64,000 bases of DNA from an uncultured Eubacteriales bacterium (GTDB lineage: Bacteria > Bacillota > Clostridia > Oscillospirales > Oscillospiraceae). Position 1 is the stretch's first letter; each line of letters opens with the position of its first letter. Shown piece by piece: positions 10,218 through 20,103 of this stretch. The notes under the pieces were generated by a model. It saw only the letters and a list, made by a program, of their open reading frames with translations, was not told the origin of the DNA and did no database searches. The stretch covers positions 3,063-67,062 of the forward strand of contig ONPN01000026.1 in assembly GCA_900319695.1 (NCBI GenBank). The letters run 5' to 3'. Both the position numbers and the translations under genes were made by a program.

Positions 10218-11096
10218 ATGGCGCTCGACAAATATCAGACCCTGATGACGGTGGTGGACTCAGGCAGTCTCACCAAGGCGGCGGCGGAGCTCGGCTGCAC
10301 CCAGTCGGCGGTCAGCCATTGTCTCGACGCGCTGGAAAAAGAGCTCGGCTTTGCCCTCCTGACCCGCAATCGCGCGGGGGTCAAGCTCACAAGCGAGGGG
10401 GAGCGCCTGCTGCCCTCGGTGCGGAGCTTCCTCGGCGCGGCGGAGCAGCTGCGGCAGACGGCCTCGTCGATCCGGGGACTCGAATCCGGCACGGTGCGCA
10501 TCGGGGCTTTTACCTCCGTCGCGGTCCATTGGCTGCCGCCGGTTCTCAAGGAGTTTCAGCGCGACTACCCGAGGGTCGACTTTAAGCTCCTCAACGGCGA
10601 CTATCACGACGTGGAGCAGTGGCTCACGGACGGCAGCGTGGACGTGGGTTTCGTGACCCTGCCGTCCCCTGTCGGCTGTGAGTGTATCCCGCTCATGGAG
10701 GACAGGCTGCTCGCCATTCTGCCGCGCCACAGCCGCTTTGAGAATTACCCCCGGTTCCCACTGGTCGAGTGCGAGACCGAGCCCTTCATCAGTCTGCTCG
10801 AGAGCTCCGACCACGACGCGCGCCGCGCCCTCGAGGCGGCGGGCGTCAAGCCGAACGTCCGCTTCTACACCAAGGACGACTACGCCGTCATCGCCATGGT
10901 GGAGCAGGGCCTCGGCATCAGCATCATGCCGGAGCTGCTGCTCAAGGGCAGACAGTACGATTTGCAGATTCTCCCCCTGATCCCCGAGGCGAAGCGCACC
11001 ATCGGCCTCGCCATTGCGGCGGGCGATCGCGCCGGCCCCGCCACGCGCCGCTTTGCGGATTATGTGGTGCGGTATGTCACAGAGCTGAAGGGCTGA
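10218..11096 (+). CDS. LysR family transcriptional regulator
   Basis: N-terminal HTH (YQTLMTVVDSGSLTKAAAELGCTQSAVSHCLDALEKELG) plus a LysR substrate-binding domain; 292 aa. Confidence 0.9.
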   Translation: MALDKYQTLMTVVDSGSLTKAAAELGCTQSAVSHCLDALEKELGFALLTRNRAGVKLTSEGERLLPSVRSFLGAAEQLRQTASSIRGLESGTVRIGAFTSVAVHWLPPVLKEFQRDYPRVDFKLLNGDYHDVEQWLTDGSVDVGFVTLPSPVGCECIPLMEDRLLAILPRHSRFENYPRFPLVECETEPFISLLESSDHDARRALEAAGVKPNVRFYTKDDYAVIAMVEQGLGISIMPELLLKGRQYDLQILPLIPEAKRTIGLAIAAGDRAGPATRRFADYVVRYVTELKG

Positions 11097-11240
11097 AAAA
11101 CTGTGGAGCTATAGTGCGCATTAGGCGCAGCAAAATGTATGCTGTTATCTTGAGCGCCCCGTATTTCTCCCTTATTTCCCTCCGCGTTCCGACCGTTTCC
11201 GCGCCCTCCCCCGGCTATAATGGGCCGCGGGAGGTGGGAA

Positions 11241-12041
11241 ATGATGAGAAATCGGTGGGAAATGGCGATCATGTATCTGCGTCGGCTTCCGCGGCGCGCG
11301 CAGAGACTGCTGGTCGCCCTGCTCTGCCTGCTGCTGACCATGCCTCTGCACGGCTTTGCGGAGCAGAGTCTGCTGCCCGCGCATATGCATGTCCGCGTCC
11401 TGCACCCGCCGGAGCCGACCCCGGAGCCCACGCCCGAGCCGGAGCCTACCCCGGAGCCCACGCCTGCCCCGACCCCTGTTCCGGAGGAGGGGGACTTTGC
11501 GTTTCTCGGCCACCGCACCAAAAGCACGGCGCTGGACATGGCGGGCTACTACCTCGGCGAGATGTGCGAGGCTGCGGTCGATGGCGACATCCGCGCCGGA
11601 CAGGCGGCGGAGACGGCCCGAAACGCGGCGATCCAGGCGGGCGGCACGGGCGCGCCGGTCTCCTTTGCGGAGCTGTGGCTGCTTTCCCGTGTCATCGACG
11701 CCATGGCGGGCAGCGACTGGCTGACCGACGATTTTCGCATGTGCGTGGGCGAGGTGGTCTTGAACCGCGTGGCCTCACCGGAGTTTCCCGATACGCTTTA
11801 CGACGTAGTGTACCAGAAGGGCCAGTATGCCGTGGTCAACACCGCGCGTTTTGCAAGCCTGGTTCCGCGGCGCGAGTGCGTGGAGGTCGCGCTGCGTCTG
11901 CTTTTGGGCGAGCGGCACATGGTCCCCGCCGTGGTCTACCAGGCCGACTGCGTCCAGGGCGAGCTCTTCACCATGTTTTCCGACCGCCAGCTCGGCAGCA
12001 CCTATTTCTGCCTGAGCCGACATTTGGAGCTCTATCAATAG
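11241..12041 (+). CDS. SleB-like cell wall hydrolase (Hydrolase_2 domain) with Pro/Thr/Glu-rich linker
   Basis: ORF 11220..12041; start moved to ATG 11241 behind a GGGAGGTGGG RBS. C-terminal domain MCVGEVVLNRVASPEFPDTLYDVVYQKGQYAVV. Linker PEPTPEPTPEPEPTPEPTPAPTPVP. Confidence 0.7.
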   Translation: MMRNRWEMAIMYLRRLPRRAQRLLVALLCLLLTMPLHGFAEQSLLPAHMHVRVLHPPEPTPEPTPEPEPTPEPTPAPTPVPEEGDFAFLGHRTKSTALDMAGYYLGEMCEAAVDGDIRAGQAAETARNAAIQAGGTGAPVSFAELWLLSRVIDAMAGSDWLTDDFRMCVGEVVLNRVASPEFPDTLYDVVYQKGQYAVVNTARFASLVPRRECVEVALRLLLGERHMVPAVVYQADCVQGELFTMFSDRQLGSTYFCLSRHLELYQ

Positions 12042-12100
12042 CGTTTGGAGTTACCTGTTGTTTTGCGGCGCCTTAAAGGCAAAAACGCTCTTATTTCACC

Positions 12101-12126
12101 GTAGGGGCGACCCTTGCGGTCGCCCG
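12101..12126. repeat. REP-like hairpin (gtaggggcgacc..ggtcgccc type)
   Basis: gtaggggcgacccttgcggtcgcccg. A related hairpin, cgtaggggcggatagcatccgcccgcc, lies at 45451-45477. Confidence 0.6.
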
Positions 12127-12244
12127 GCGGAACACGCCCCGTTTTTCGCGTTCGCCCAGGCGCGTTCAGACATGAAGGAGACGCCGTGCGGGAGGGGACA
12201 AGCCCCTTCTCTACGAAGAAAATGGTACATTTATATAACCAACC

Positions 12245-12289
12245 GTCCCCGGCAAATACGGATGTGTCTGCTCCGTATTTGCCGGGGAC
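12245..12289. terminator. bidirectional rho-independent terminator
   Basis: An 18-bp stem, gtccccggcaaatacgga / tccgtatttgccggggac, lies between convergent genes (sleB-like and MocR-like). Confidence 0.8.
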
Positions 12290-12311
12290 TTCTATATTCT
12301 GTTTGCTGCGA

Positions 12312-13385
12312 TTACCCCTTTTCCTGCCGCAGCTTTCTCCGCCTCCGGTTGATGTATCGTTCCAGCTCGCCGTTATTCAGAAACGCGGCCAGGACGTACT
12401 GCTCAAAAACCGGGACCGTGCAGGAGTAAAAGCCGAGCTTTTCCTGCCAGCGCTCCACCAGTGGCTCCGGCAGGACCAGATAGGCTGTGCGCATGGAGGG
12501 AGCGAAGCTGCGCGAGAAGGTGTTGAGGTAGAGCACCCGCTCCGGCGCAAGGGAGCAGATCGTCTCGATGTGCTTCGTCACCGACGCGAGCTCCGAGTCG
12601 TAGTCGTCCTCCACAATATAGCTGCCGCGCGCCTCGGCCCAGGCGGCGTACTCGTGCCGTTTGCCCGCCGAGGCGGTGACGCGGCTTGGATAGCTGTTGA
12701 ACGGTGTGACGTGCAGCACGCCAGCCCGGCTCTCCCTCAGCGCGCGCGACACAATGCCGTCCGCTCCCATGGTCAGCCCCTCGCAGACGATGCCGTTTGC
12801 CTCATAGACCTGGCGGATGCGCGTATAGCAGGGCTCCTCCAGGGCAAAGCGCGTCTCCCGGCCAAAGAGCTGGGCGATAAGGGCATAGAGGTATTCCGCC
12901 CCCGCGCCCACGATGATGCGCTCCGGCGAGACCGAGAGCCCCCGGCTGCGTGCAATATAGGCTGCGATCGCCCCGCGCAGCTCAATTGTCCCGCTGCCGG
13001 GGGAGCGCAGCAGAATGCGCCGGTCGTAGTCTGTCAGCACCTTCCGCATGGTTCGCGCGAGGGCCGAGAAGGGAAAGTCCTCGGGCGCTGCGTCGGAAGC
13101 AGGCGCGGAGACCGGCAGGACAGGGGGCTCCTCCGTGTATCTCAGACCGCCGAAGGCCACAAAAATCCCGCTGCGCTGCCGCGTCTCGACATAGCCCTCA
13201 TCCGCCAGCAGAGCCAGCGCGTGCTCCACCGTGATTAGGCTGAGCCCCAGTTCCTCGGCCAGAGTGCGTTTGGAGGGCAGCTTTGCCCCAAAGGGCAGGG
13301 CCCCCGCAAGGATGTCCGCCCGGAGTTGGGCATAGAGCTGCATATAGGCGGGCGTTTCCCCGTCTTTGTCAATAACATAGTTCAT
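12312..13385 (-). CDS. GntR/MocR-type regulator (wHTH + aminotransferase-fold domain), short form
   Basis: GntR wHTH (PSKRTLAEELGLSLITVEHALALLADEGYVETRQRSGIFV) followed by fold-type-I aminotransferase motifs (IVEDDYDSE, NTFSRSFAPSMRTAYLVLP). Only 357 aa. Confidence 0.75.
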   Translation of the reverse strand: MNYVIDKDGETPAYMQLYAQLRADILAGALPFGAKLPSKRTLAEELGLSLITVEHALALLADEGYVETRQRSGIFVAFGGLRYTEEPPVLPVSAPASDAAPEDFPFSALARTMRKVLTDYDRRILLRSPGSGTIELRGAIAAYIARSRGLSVSPERIIVGAGAEYLYALIAQLFGRETRFALEEPCYTRIRQVYEANGIVCEGLTMGADGIVSRALRESRAGVLHVTPFNSYPSRVTASAGKRHEYAAWAEARGSYIVEDDYDSELASVTKHIETICSLAPERVLYLNTFSRSFAPSMRTAYLVLPEPLVERWQEKLGFYSCTVPVFEQYVLAAFLNNGELERYINRRRRKLRQEKG

Positions 13386-13476
13386 CTGGTCTTATAAAAA
13401 ATTCCTTATCTGAGTATATTCATAGTACCAAAATCAGCATATACTGATAACAGCAAAAAGTCAAGGAGCTGATACC

Positions 13477-14004
13477 ATGAATAAAAATGAAATACCAGTC
13501 AAAGCGCTGACGACGACAGCTCTGCTCATGGCCATGAACATCATCATGAGCACCAGCATCCTGTCCGTCCCCGTCCCCGGCGGCCATATGTATCTGAATG
13601 ATGTGATCATCGTCACGGCGGCCATTCTGCTCGAGCCGTTCTATGCCTTTCTCGTGGGCGGCGTGGGCGCGTTTCTGGGGGATATGCTGTTTTACCCTGC
13701 GCCCATGTTCGTTTCTCTGGCAGTGCACGGGCTGCAGGCGGTGGTGATCTCGCTTTTCGTCCACCGCTGGATGAAGGAACGCCCCCTCCACGCCTCGATC
13801 ATCGGCGCGGTGATCGGCTGGATCATCACCTTCACGGGCTACAGCCTGGGCCGCGCCTTCGTGTACTCCACGCCTGCCTACGCCATCGCGAAGCTGCCCT
13901 TCCAGATCCTCCAGACCGCCGTCGGCTCGGCGATTGCCCTCTTCCTCTGCTGGGGCTCGCCCAGCCTTGTGAAGCTGTACCGGCGCGAGTTTGGCCGAAG
14001 CTGA
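13477..14004 (+). CDS. ECF transporter S component (substrate-capture subunit), vitamin-type
   Basis: 175 aa with about 6 TM segments (LLMAMNIIMSTSILSVPVPGGHMYLNDVIIV...). Divergent from the MocR-type regulator, so a B6-vitamer substrate is an inference only. Confidence 0.65.
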   Translation: MNKNEIPVKALTTTALLMAMNIIMSTSILSVPVPGGHMYLNDVIIVTAAILLEPFYAFLVGGVGAFLGDMLFYPAPMFVSLAVHGLQAVVISLFVHRWMKERPLHASIIGAVIGWIITFTGYSLGRAFVYSTPAYAIAKLPFQILQTAVGSAIALFLCWGSPSLVKLYRREFGRS

Positions 14005-14283
14005 ACGCAAGTGATATTTTCCCGCAATTTTCAAACACTATACTGGCAGACTTTTATGCCGCCGCAGCAAAAGAAGCTGCGGCGGTCTTTTCTTTTCGCC
14101 GCATGGGTGGTATACTATATAAAACTACTGTTGCAGAGCACGGGAAACAGAATTTGAAATAATCAAATTTGTTTTTGGGGCAGCTTTGCCGCCTCAAAAA
14201 CACCCTGAGCCGAGCCAAGCGAGGCCTCGCGCCGACCAAACGCGGCGTATTACGCATCGCCGCGTGCGATAAGCGCGAGTCCT

Positions 14284-14308
14284 CAATTGCGAACCGTGTT
14301 CGCAATTG
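14284..14308. promoter_or_regulatory. perfect 11-bp inverted repeat just upstream of the M16 operon RBS
   Basis: caattgcgaac-cgt-gttcgcaattg. It ends 7 nt before the GGAGG RBS of the gene starting at 14327. Confidence 0.35.
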
Positions 14309-14326
14309 ACTAAATGGAGGTGCCCC

Positions 14327-15652
14327 ATGGAGTATTCACGGTCGGAGCTGATGCCGGGCGTCTTTCTGAGCCATCTGAAATCCGATAAATTCAAAACCGC
14401 CTGCATGAGTCTCAATCTCATCACGCAGCTCTCACGCGAGACAGCGTCCATGAACGCGCTGCTGCCGAACGTCCTGCGCCGGGGCACGACCCGCTACCCG
14501 GATATGGAGCAGCTCTCCTGCCGCCTGGACGAGCTCTATGGCGCGGCCATCGAGCCGGTTGTGCGCCGTGTGGGCGAAATCCACTGCTTTGGCTTCTTTG
14601 CGAGCTTTCCGGAGCCCGCCTTTCTCCCGGGGGGCGAAGCCCTGCTTGAGGAGATGAGCCGCCTGATGGCCGAACTGCTGCTCTCCCCAAACACGCGCGG
14701 CGGCCTCCTGCTGCCCGCCTATGTGGACAGCGAAAAGGAAAAGCTCTTAGACCTCATCCGCAGCCGCGTCAACGACAAGCGCGGCTACGCCGTGCAGCGC
14801 TGCCTGGAAGAGATGTGCTGCTATGAGGACTTCGCCGTCTCCCGCTTCGGAGACGAGGAGGGCGTGGAGGCCATCCATTATAAAAAGCTGACGCGCTACT
14901 ATCGCGACCTTCTCCGCAGCTGCCCCGTGGAGCTCTTCTACTGCGGCCAGGCGCCGCTTGCGGAGGTAGAGGACGCCCTGCGCAGCGCCCTGGCCGGGAT
15001 GCCCCGCGGCGAGATCAACTACGACGTTGGCACCGAGCTGCGCATGAACGCCCTCGAGGCCGAGCCGCGTTACTATGAGGAGCGCATGGATGTGACCCAG
15101 GGCAAGCTGGTGCTCGGCTTCCGCCTGGGCGAGTGCATGGAGGACCCGGACCGGGCCGCCATCCACGTTTTCAACGCCCTCTACGGCAGCGGCGCGACCT
15201 CCAAGCTCTTTCTGAACGTGAGGGAAAAGCTCTCCCTCTGCTATTACGCGAGCTCCGCCATCGTCCTGCGCAAGGGCCTGATGCTGGTCTCGTCGGGGAT
15301 CAGCTTCGATAAATTCGACGCCGCGAAGGCTGAAATCCTCGCCCAGCTTGAGGCTGTGAGAAACGGCGATTTTACGGATGAAGAGCTCAACTGGGCCCGC
15401 CGCGCCGTGGCCTCCGACCTGCGCGCTGCCATGGACAGCCCGGGGGAGCTGGAGGGCTACTGGCTCAGCCAGGCGCTTGACGGGCTGGACTACGGCCCAA
15501 CCGAGCTTGCGGAGCTCGCGGGCGAGGTGACGCGCGAGGACGTGATCGCCGTGGCAAAGAGCGTGGAGCTCGACCTCGTCTACTTCCTGCGCGGCGAGAA
15601 CGAGAACACTGACGAAGAAGAGGAAGAAGCCTATGACGATACAGAAGCATGA
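14327..15652 (+). CDS. M16 (pitrilysin/insulinase) family protein, non-catalytic partner
   Basis: ORF 14306..15652; start moved to ATG 14327 behind GGAGG. M16 fold-length protein with no HxxEH motif seen and an acidic C-terminal tail. Confidence 0.7.
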   Translation: MEYSRSELMPGVFLSHLKSDKFKTACMSLNLITQLSRETASMNALLPNVLRRGTTRYPDMEQLSCRLDELYGAAIEPVVRRVGEIHCFGFFASFPEPAFLPGGEALLEEMSRLMAELLLSPNTRGGLLLPAYVDSEKEKLLDLIRSRVNDKRGYAVQRCLEEMCCYEDFAVSRFGDEEGVEAIHYKKLTRYYRDLLRSCPVELFYCGQAPLAEVEDALRSALAGMPRGEINYDVGTELRMNALEAEPRYYEERMDVTQGKLVLGFRLGECMEDPDRAAIHVFNALYGSGATSKLFLNVREKLSLCYYASSAIVLRKGLMLVSSGISFDKFDAAKAEILAQLEAVRNGDFTDEELNWARRAVASDLRAAMDSPGELEGYWLSQALDGLDYGPTELAELAGEVTREDVIAVAKSVELDLVYFLRGENENTDEEEEEAYDDTEA

Positions 15653-16928
15653 ATACCCCGGCGTCGGCGAGACGCTGTATACCGCCGTGCTGGACAACGG
15701 CCTGGAAGTGCGCGTCGTGCCGAAGCGGGACTACGCCACCTATTATGCCGCGTTCACGACAAACTACGGCGGGGCCTGCCGCCGCTTCAGCGTGGACGGG
15801 CGCACGCTCGACACCCCGGCGGGCGTAGCCCACTATCTGGAACACAAGATGTTTGACCTGCCGGACGGCGACAGCGCGCTGAACATTCTCTCGGCCAACG
15901 GGGCTGACCCCAACGCCTTTACTTCCTCGGGTGTCACCTGCTACTACTTCCAGTGCACCGAGGGCTTTGAGGAAAATCTGCGCATGCTGCTGCACTTTGT
16001 CTCTACCCCCTATTTCACGGCGGAGACCGTGGAAAAGGAGCGGGGCATCATCGCCCAGGAGATCCGCATGGGGGAGGATAACCCCGGTATGGTCGTCTAC
16101 TACAATCTCCTTGAGATGCTGTACGCCCATCATCCGATCCGCGACCGCGTGGCCGGCACGGTGGAGAGCATCCAGGAGATCACCGCCGAAACCCTCTACG
16201 ACTGCCACCGCGTCTTCTATGCCCCGTCCAACATGATCCTCTGTGTGGAGGGCGACGTGGACCCCGGAGAGATCGCCCGCATTGCGGAAGAGGTTCTGCC
16301 AAAAGAGAAAATGCCCGTCCCGCGCGCCGACTTCGGCGAGGCGGAGAGCCTGATCCCCTCGGAGCATCTTCGCACGGTGGAGATGGAGGTCTCGGCCCCG
16401 CAGTTTCTGATCGGGGCCAAGCTGCTGCCCGGGCTGCGCGGCACAGAGGCCCTGCGCCAGCGCCTGACCGCAAGTCTCGCTCTGCGTATGCTCTGCGGCA
16501 CGTCCTCCCCGTTCTTTACCCGCCTCTATGCGGACGGGACACTGAACATGGACTTTGACTATGAAGTGGACGCCAGCGCCGACACCCTCACCATGATCGT
16601 GGGCGGCGAGAGCAAGACGCCCGAAAAAGTGCTGACGGAGCTCAACGCCGAGATCACGCGTATTGCGGAAGACGGCTTTGACCCCGCCGCCTTTACCCGC
16701 GCAAAAAGGGCATCCCTGGGCGCGAGGCTCCGGGCGCTGGAGGACTTCGACAACGTGTGCGTCTCGCTTGCAATGGACAGCTTTGACGGCTACTGCTCCT
16801 TCGACAGCTTTGAGCTTCTGGAGGAGATCACGGCCGAGGACTGCCGCCGCTTTGTGGCGGAGGAGCTCGCGCCCGAGCGCCTGGCGCTCTCGATCGTCGC
16901 GCCCAAACGCGGGGAGGCGGAGACCTGA
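15633..16928 (+). CDS. M16 family zinc peptidase (catalytic subunit)
   Basis: The inverted zinc motif HYLEHKMF (HxxEH) is present. It overlaps the preceding M16 gene by 20 nt, consistent with a heterodimer-type pair. Confidence 0.8.
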   Translation: MTIQKHEYPGVGETLYTAVLDNGLEVRVVPKRDYATYYAAFTTNYGGACRRFSVDGRTLDTPAGVAHYLEHKMFDLPDGDSALNILSANGADPNAFTSSGVTCYYFQCTEGFEENLRMLLHFVSTPYFTAETVEKERGIIAQEIRMGEDNPGMVVYYNLLEMLYAHHPIRDRVAGTVESIQEITAETLYDCHRVFYAPSNMILCVEGDVDPGEIARIAEEVLPKEKMPVPRADFGEAESLIPSEHLRTVEMEVSAPQFLIGAKLLPGLRGTEALRQRLTASLALRMLCGTSSPFFTRLYADGTLNMDFDYEVDASADTLTMIVGGESKTPEKVLTELNAEITRIAEDGFDPAAFTRAKRASLGARLRALEDFDNVCVSLAMDSFDGYCSFDSFELLEEITAEDCRRFVAEELAPERLALSIVAPKRGEAET

Positions 16929-17869
16929 TGCTTGAGACGATCCAGCGCACATCGGTGATCTCCTTCCCCATGCTGGGAGGGCTCACCCTCAACCCACCCG
17001 CGTCCTTCACAGTCTTCGGACGGCCCATCTACTTTTATGGGGTGCTTATCGGCCTCGGCTTTGTTCTGGGCATCCTGCTCTGCGCCAGACGCGCCAAACG
17101 CTTCGGACTCAGGGAGGACGACGTCTATGACGTGATGATCTGGCTGATCCCCTGCTCCATCCTCGGCGCGCGACTGTACTATGTGCTGTTTCAGCTCGAC
17201 TACTATTTGCAGCACCCGGACGAGCTCTTTGCAATCTGGAACGGCGGCATCGCTATCTACGGCGGCGTGATCGGGGGCATCCTCGCGGTCTGGCTGGTCT
17301 GCCGCCGCAAAAAGATCCCCGTCCTGGCCATGATGGACAATCTGAGCTGCGGGCTGCTGCTCGGGCAGATCATCGGCCGCTGGGGAAACTTCATGAACCG
17401 TGAGGCCTTCGGCGCTGAGACGGACGTCTTCTGCCGCATGGGCCTGACCGCCCCGGACGGCACAACCATCTACGTCCATCCCACGTTTCTGTATGAGAGC
17501 CTGTGGAATCTCGGTGTGCTGCTCTTCCTTCTCTGGTTTGACCGGAAGGGCAAGCGCCGCTTTGACGGCCACTGCGTCGCGCTCTATTTTCTGCTCTACG
17601 GCATCGGCCGCTTCTGGATCGAGGGTCTGCGCACCGACAGCCTGTATATCGGCGGCACAGGTATCCGCGTGTCTCAGGCGCTGAGTCTGGTGCTGGTGCT
17701 CGCCTCGGCGGCCCTGCTGCTCTATATGCGCAAGCGCCCCTTTTCCCCGGACGATCTGTATGTCAACCGCGCCGCTGCGGCCGCCTGCCCCATCGTGATC
17801 GAGCAGCCCGGCGCGGAAGAGGATAAAGCTCAAGAAAAATCGGAGGATACAAACCATGGCGGACTATAA
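16928..17869 (+). CDS. lgt: prolipoprotein diacylglyceryl transferase
   Basis: YFYGVLIGLGF...ARLYYV...WNGGIAIYGGVIGG...GQIIGRWGNFMNREAFG are canonical Lgt motifs. Confidence 0.9.
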   Translation: MLETIQRTSVISFPMLGGLTLNPPASFTVFGRPIYFYGVLIGLGFVLGILLCARRAKRFGLREDDVYDVMIWLIPCSILGARLYYVLFQLDYYLQHPDELFAIWNGGIAIYGGVIGGILAVWLVCRRKKIPVLAMMDNLSCGLLLGQIIGRWGNFMNREAFGAETDVFCRMGLTAPDGTTIYVHPTFLYESLWNLGVLLFLLWFDRKGKRRFDGHCVALYFLLYGIGRFWIEGLRTDSLYIGGTGIRVSQALSLVLVLASAALLLYMRKRPFSPDDLYVNRAAAAACPIVIEQPGAEEDKAQEKSEDTNHGGL

Positions 17870-18290
17870 GGACATTTTTAATGACACCCTCGGCAAACTC
17901 GCCGGCAAGGTCAAGGAGGCGGCGGACACCAGCGGCGTGCTGGACGTCTACGCCCAGGGCGCGAACCGCGCCAAGGCTTTCGGCCAGATCGCCAAGCTCA
18001 GTCTCGAGCTCAACAGCGAGCACGACGAATTAAACCGCATTTACACCGAGATCGGCCGTCTCTACTACGAGCAGGCCAAGGCCGCGCCCGAGGGCTTCTT
18101 CGTCCCGCTCTTTGACCAGGCCGACCGCATCGCCGGGAAAATCCGGGACAAGCGCGCCAGGATCGACGCCCTGCGCGAGGATGCCGGTATCGCGGGAGAG
18201 CCCGATATTGAGGTGGAGATCGGCGACTTCGACGAGGTCGTCAGCGCCACCGAGGCCGACGGCACAGCCGCGGATAATGAAAATCGATAA
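17856..18290 (+). CDS. hypothetical coiled-coil protein
   Basis: 144-aa ORF with a GGAGG RBS, overlapping the lgt end by 14 nt. No family recognised. Confidence 0.5.
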   Translation: MADYKDIFNDTLGKLAGKVKEAADTSGVLDVYAQGANRAKAFGQIAKLSLELNSEHDELNRIYTEIGRLYYEQAKAAPEGFFVPLFDQADRIAGKIRDKRARIDALREDAGIAGEPDIEVEIGDFDEVVSATEADGTAADNENR

Positions 18291-18353
18291 CAAAGGCGAA
18301 CACCCTTCCCGCGTACCTCAAAGCCCAATACCCGCAACAGGAGAGAGACATCC

Positions 18354-19904
18354 ATGAAAGAAATACTGATCATCGGCGGCGGCCCTGCGGGGCTGACCGC
18401 GGCTTACGAACTTCTGAGCCGCTCCGAGGACGTACACGTCACGCTCTTTGAGGAGAGCGACACCTTCGGCGGCATCTCCAAAACAGTCGCCTGGCACGGA
18501 AACCGCATGGACATGGGCGGCCACCGCTTCTTCTCCAAGGCCCCGGAGGTCAACGAATGGTGGGAAAAGCTGCTGCCGGTACAGGGCGCGCCGTCGAAGG
18601 ACGATCTGCTGCTCGGCCGTACCCCGCCGCTGGCCGCGAATGGGCCCGACCCGGAGAAGGAGGACGAGGTCATGCTCATCCGCCGCCGCGTCTCCCGCAT
18701 CTTTTTCGACGGGAAGTTCTACGACTACCCGATCTCCCTCAAGCCCGAGACCTTCAAGAACATGGGCCTTGCAAAGACCGTGAAATGCGGCTTTTCCTAC
18801 CTTGGCTCCATGCTGCACAAGCTGCCGGAGGACAACCTTGAAAACTTCTACGTCAACTCCTTTGGGCGGGAGCTCTATTCCATGTTCTTCGAGTACTACA
18901 CCGAAAACCTCTGGGGCCGCCACCCCAGCGAGATCGACGCCTCCTGGGGGGCGCAGCGCACCAAGGGCCTCTCGATCGGCGGCATCCTGAAGGATGTGTT
19001 CGGCAAGGTGCTGCATGTGAGAAACCGCGAGGTGAACACCTCTCTCATCGAGGAGTTTAAGTACCCCAAGCTCGGCCCCGGCCAGCTCTGGGAGGTCGTG
19101 GCGGCGCGCGTGGAGGCCATGGGCGGCACGGTGCTGAAAAATGCGCAGGTGGTCTCCCTGGAAAAGCAGGGCAGCCGCATCACCTCCGTGACCCTCGCCG
19201 ATGGGCGGCGCTTCGAGGGGGACTGCGTGATCTCCTCCATGCCCGTCCGGGATCTGGTGGGCGGCATGAACGATGTGCCGGCTGAGCCCGCGCGCATCGC
19301 GAAGGGCCTGCCCTACCGGGATTACATGACACTGGGCGTGCTGGTCAAGAAGCTCGCCCTGGTAAACAAGACAAAAATGACCACCGTGGGCGGCATCGTC
19401 CCGGACTGCTGGGTCTATGTCCAGGACCGCAGCGTAAAGATGGGCCGCTTCCAGATTTACAACAACTGGAGTCCCTATCTGGTGAAGGACCTGGAGAACA
19501 CGGTCTGGGTCGGTCTGGAGTACTTCTGCAACGAGGGGGACGCCTTCTGGAACCAGAGCGAGGCGGACTTCACCAAACTCGGCGTGGAGGAGATGCTGCG
19601 CATCGGCCTCATCACCGACGCCTCCCAGGTGCTGGACACCCACATGGAGAAGGTGAAGAAGGCCTATCCCGCCTACTTCGACACCTATGCCGAGATGGAC
19701 AAGCTCATCGCCTGGCTGAACACCATCGACAACCTCTACTGTGTCGGCCGCAACGGCCAGCACCGCTACAACAACCTGGACCACTCGATGATGACCTCCT
19801 TTGAGGCGGTGCGATGCATCCTCTCCGGCAGCACGGACAAGAGCGCGCTGTGGAGCGTCAACACCGAAAAGGCCTATCACGAGGAAAAGGGACAGAAAAA
19901 TTAA
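18354..19904 (+). CDS. NAD(P)/FAD-dependent oxidoreductase (amine-oxidase/Glf-like fold)
   Basis: N-terminal dinucleotide-binding motif [17 protein letters not shown]; 516 aa. First gene of a GT-C/GT2/GtrA cluster. Confidence 0.75.
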   Translation: MKEILIIGGGPAGLTAAYELLSRSEDVHVTLFEESDTFGGISKTVAWHGNRMDMGGHRFFSKAPEVNEWWEKLLPVQGAPSKDDLLLGRTPPLAANGPDPEKEDEVMLIRRRVSRIFFDGKFYDYPISLKPETFKNMGLAKTVKCGFSYLGSMLHKLPEDNLENFYVNSFGRELYSMFFEYYTENLWGRHPSEIDASWGAQRTKGLSIGGILKDVFGKVLHVRNREVNTSLIEEFKYPKLGPGQLWEVVAARVEAMGGTVLKNAQVVSLEKQGSRITSVTLADGRRFEGDCVISSMPVRDLVGGMNDVPAEPARIAKGLPYRDYMTLGVLVKKLALVNKTKMTTVGGIVPDCWVYVQDRSVKMGRFQIYNNWSPYLVKDLENTVWVGLEYFCNEGDAFWNQSEADFTKLGVEEMLRIGLITDASQVLDTHMEKVKKAYPAYFDTYAEMDKLIAWLNTIDNLYCVGRNGQHRYNNLDHSMMTSFEAVRCILSGSTDKSALWSVNTEKAYHEEKGQKN

Positions 19905-20103
19905 GGCAATACCGCACAATTCGGCAAGAGCAGATTCTGAGAAAATTTGAGTTCTGATAAAGGCACTTTTTCGCAGATGTACTTAAGTGAGCGTCCAAAT
20001 CTTTGATTTGGCTACGCGAACTTATACATGTGAGCGAAGCGAATCGGATTTCACCCCGGAAGGAGTATACTATTTTGGCAATTTTTATGGCGGAGGCGGT
20101 GGC

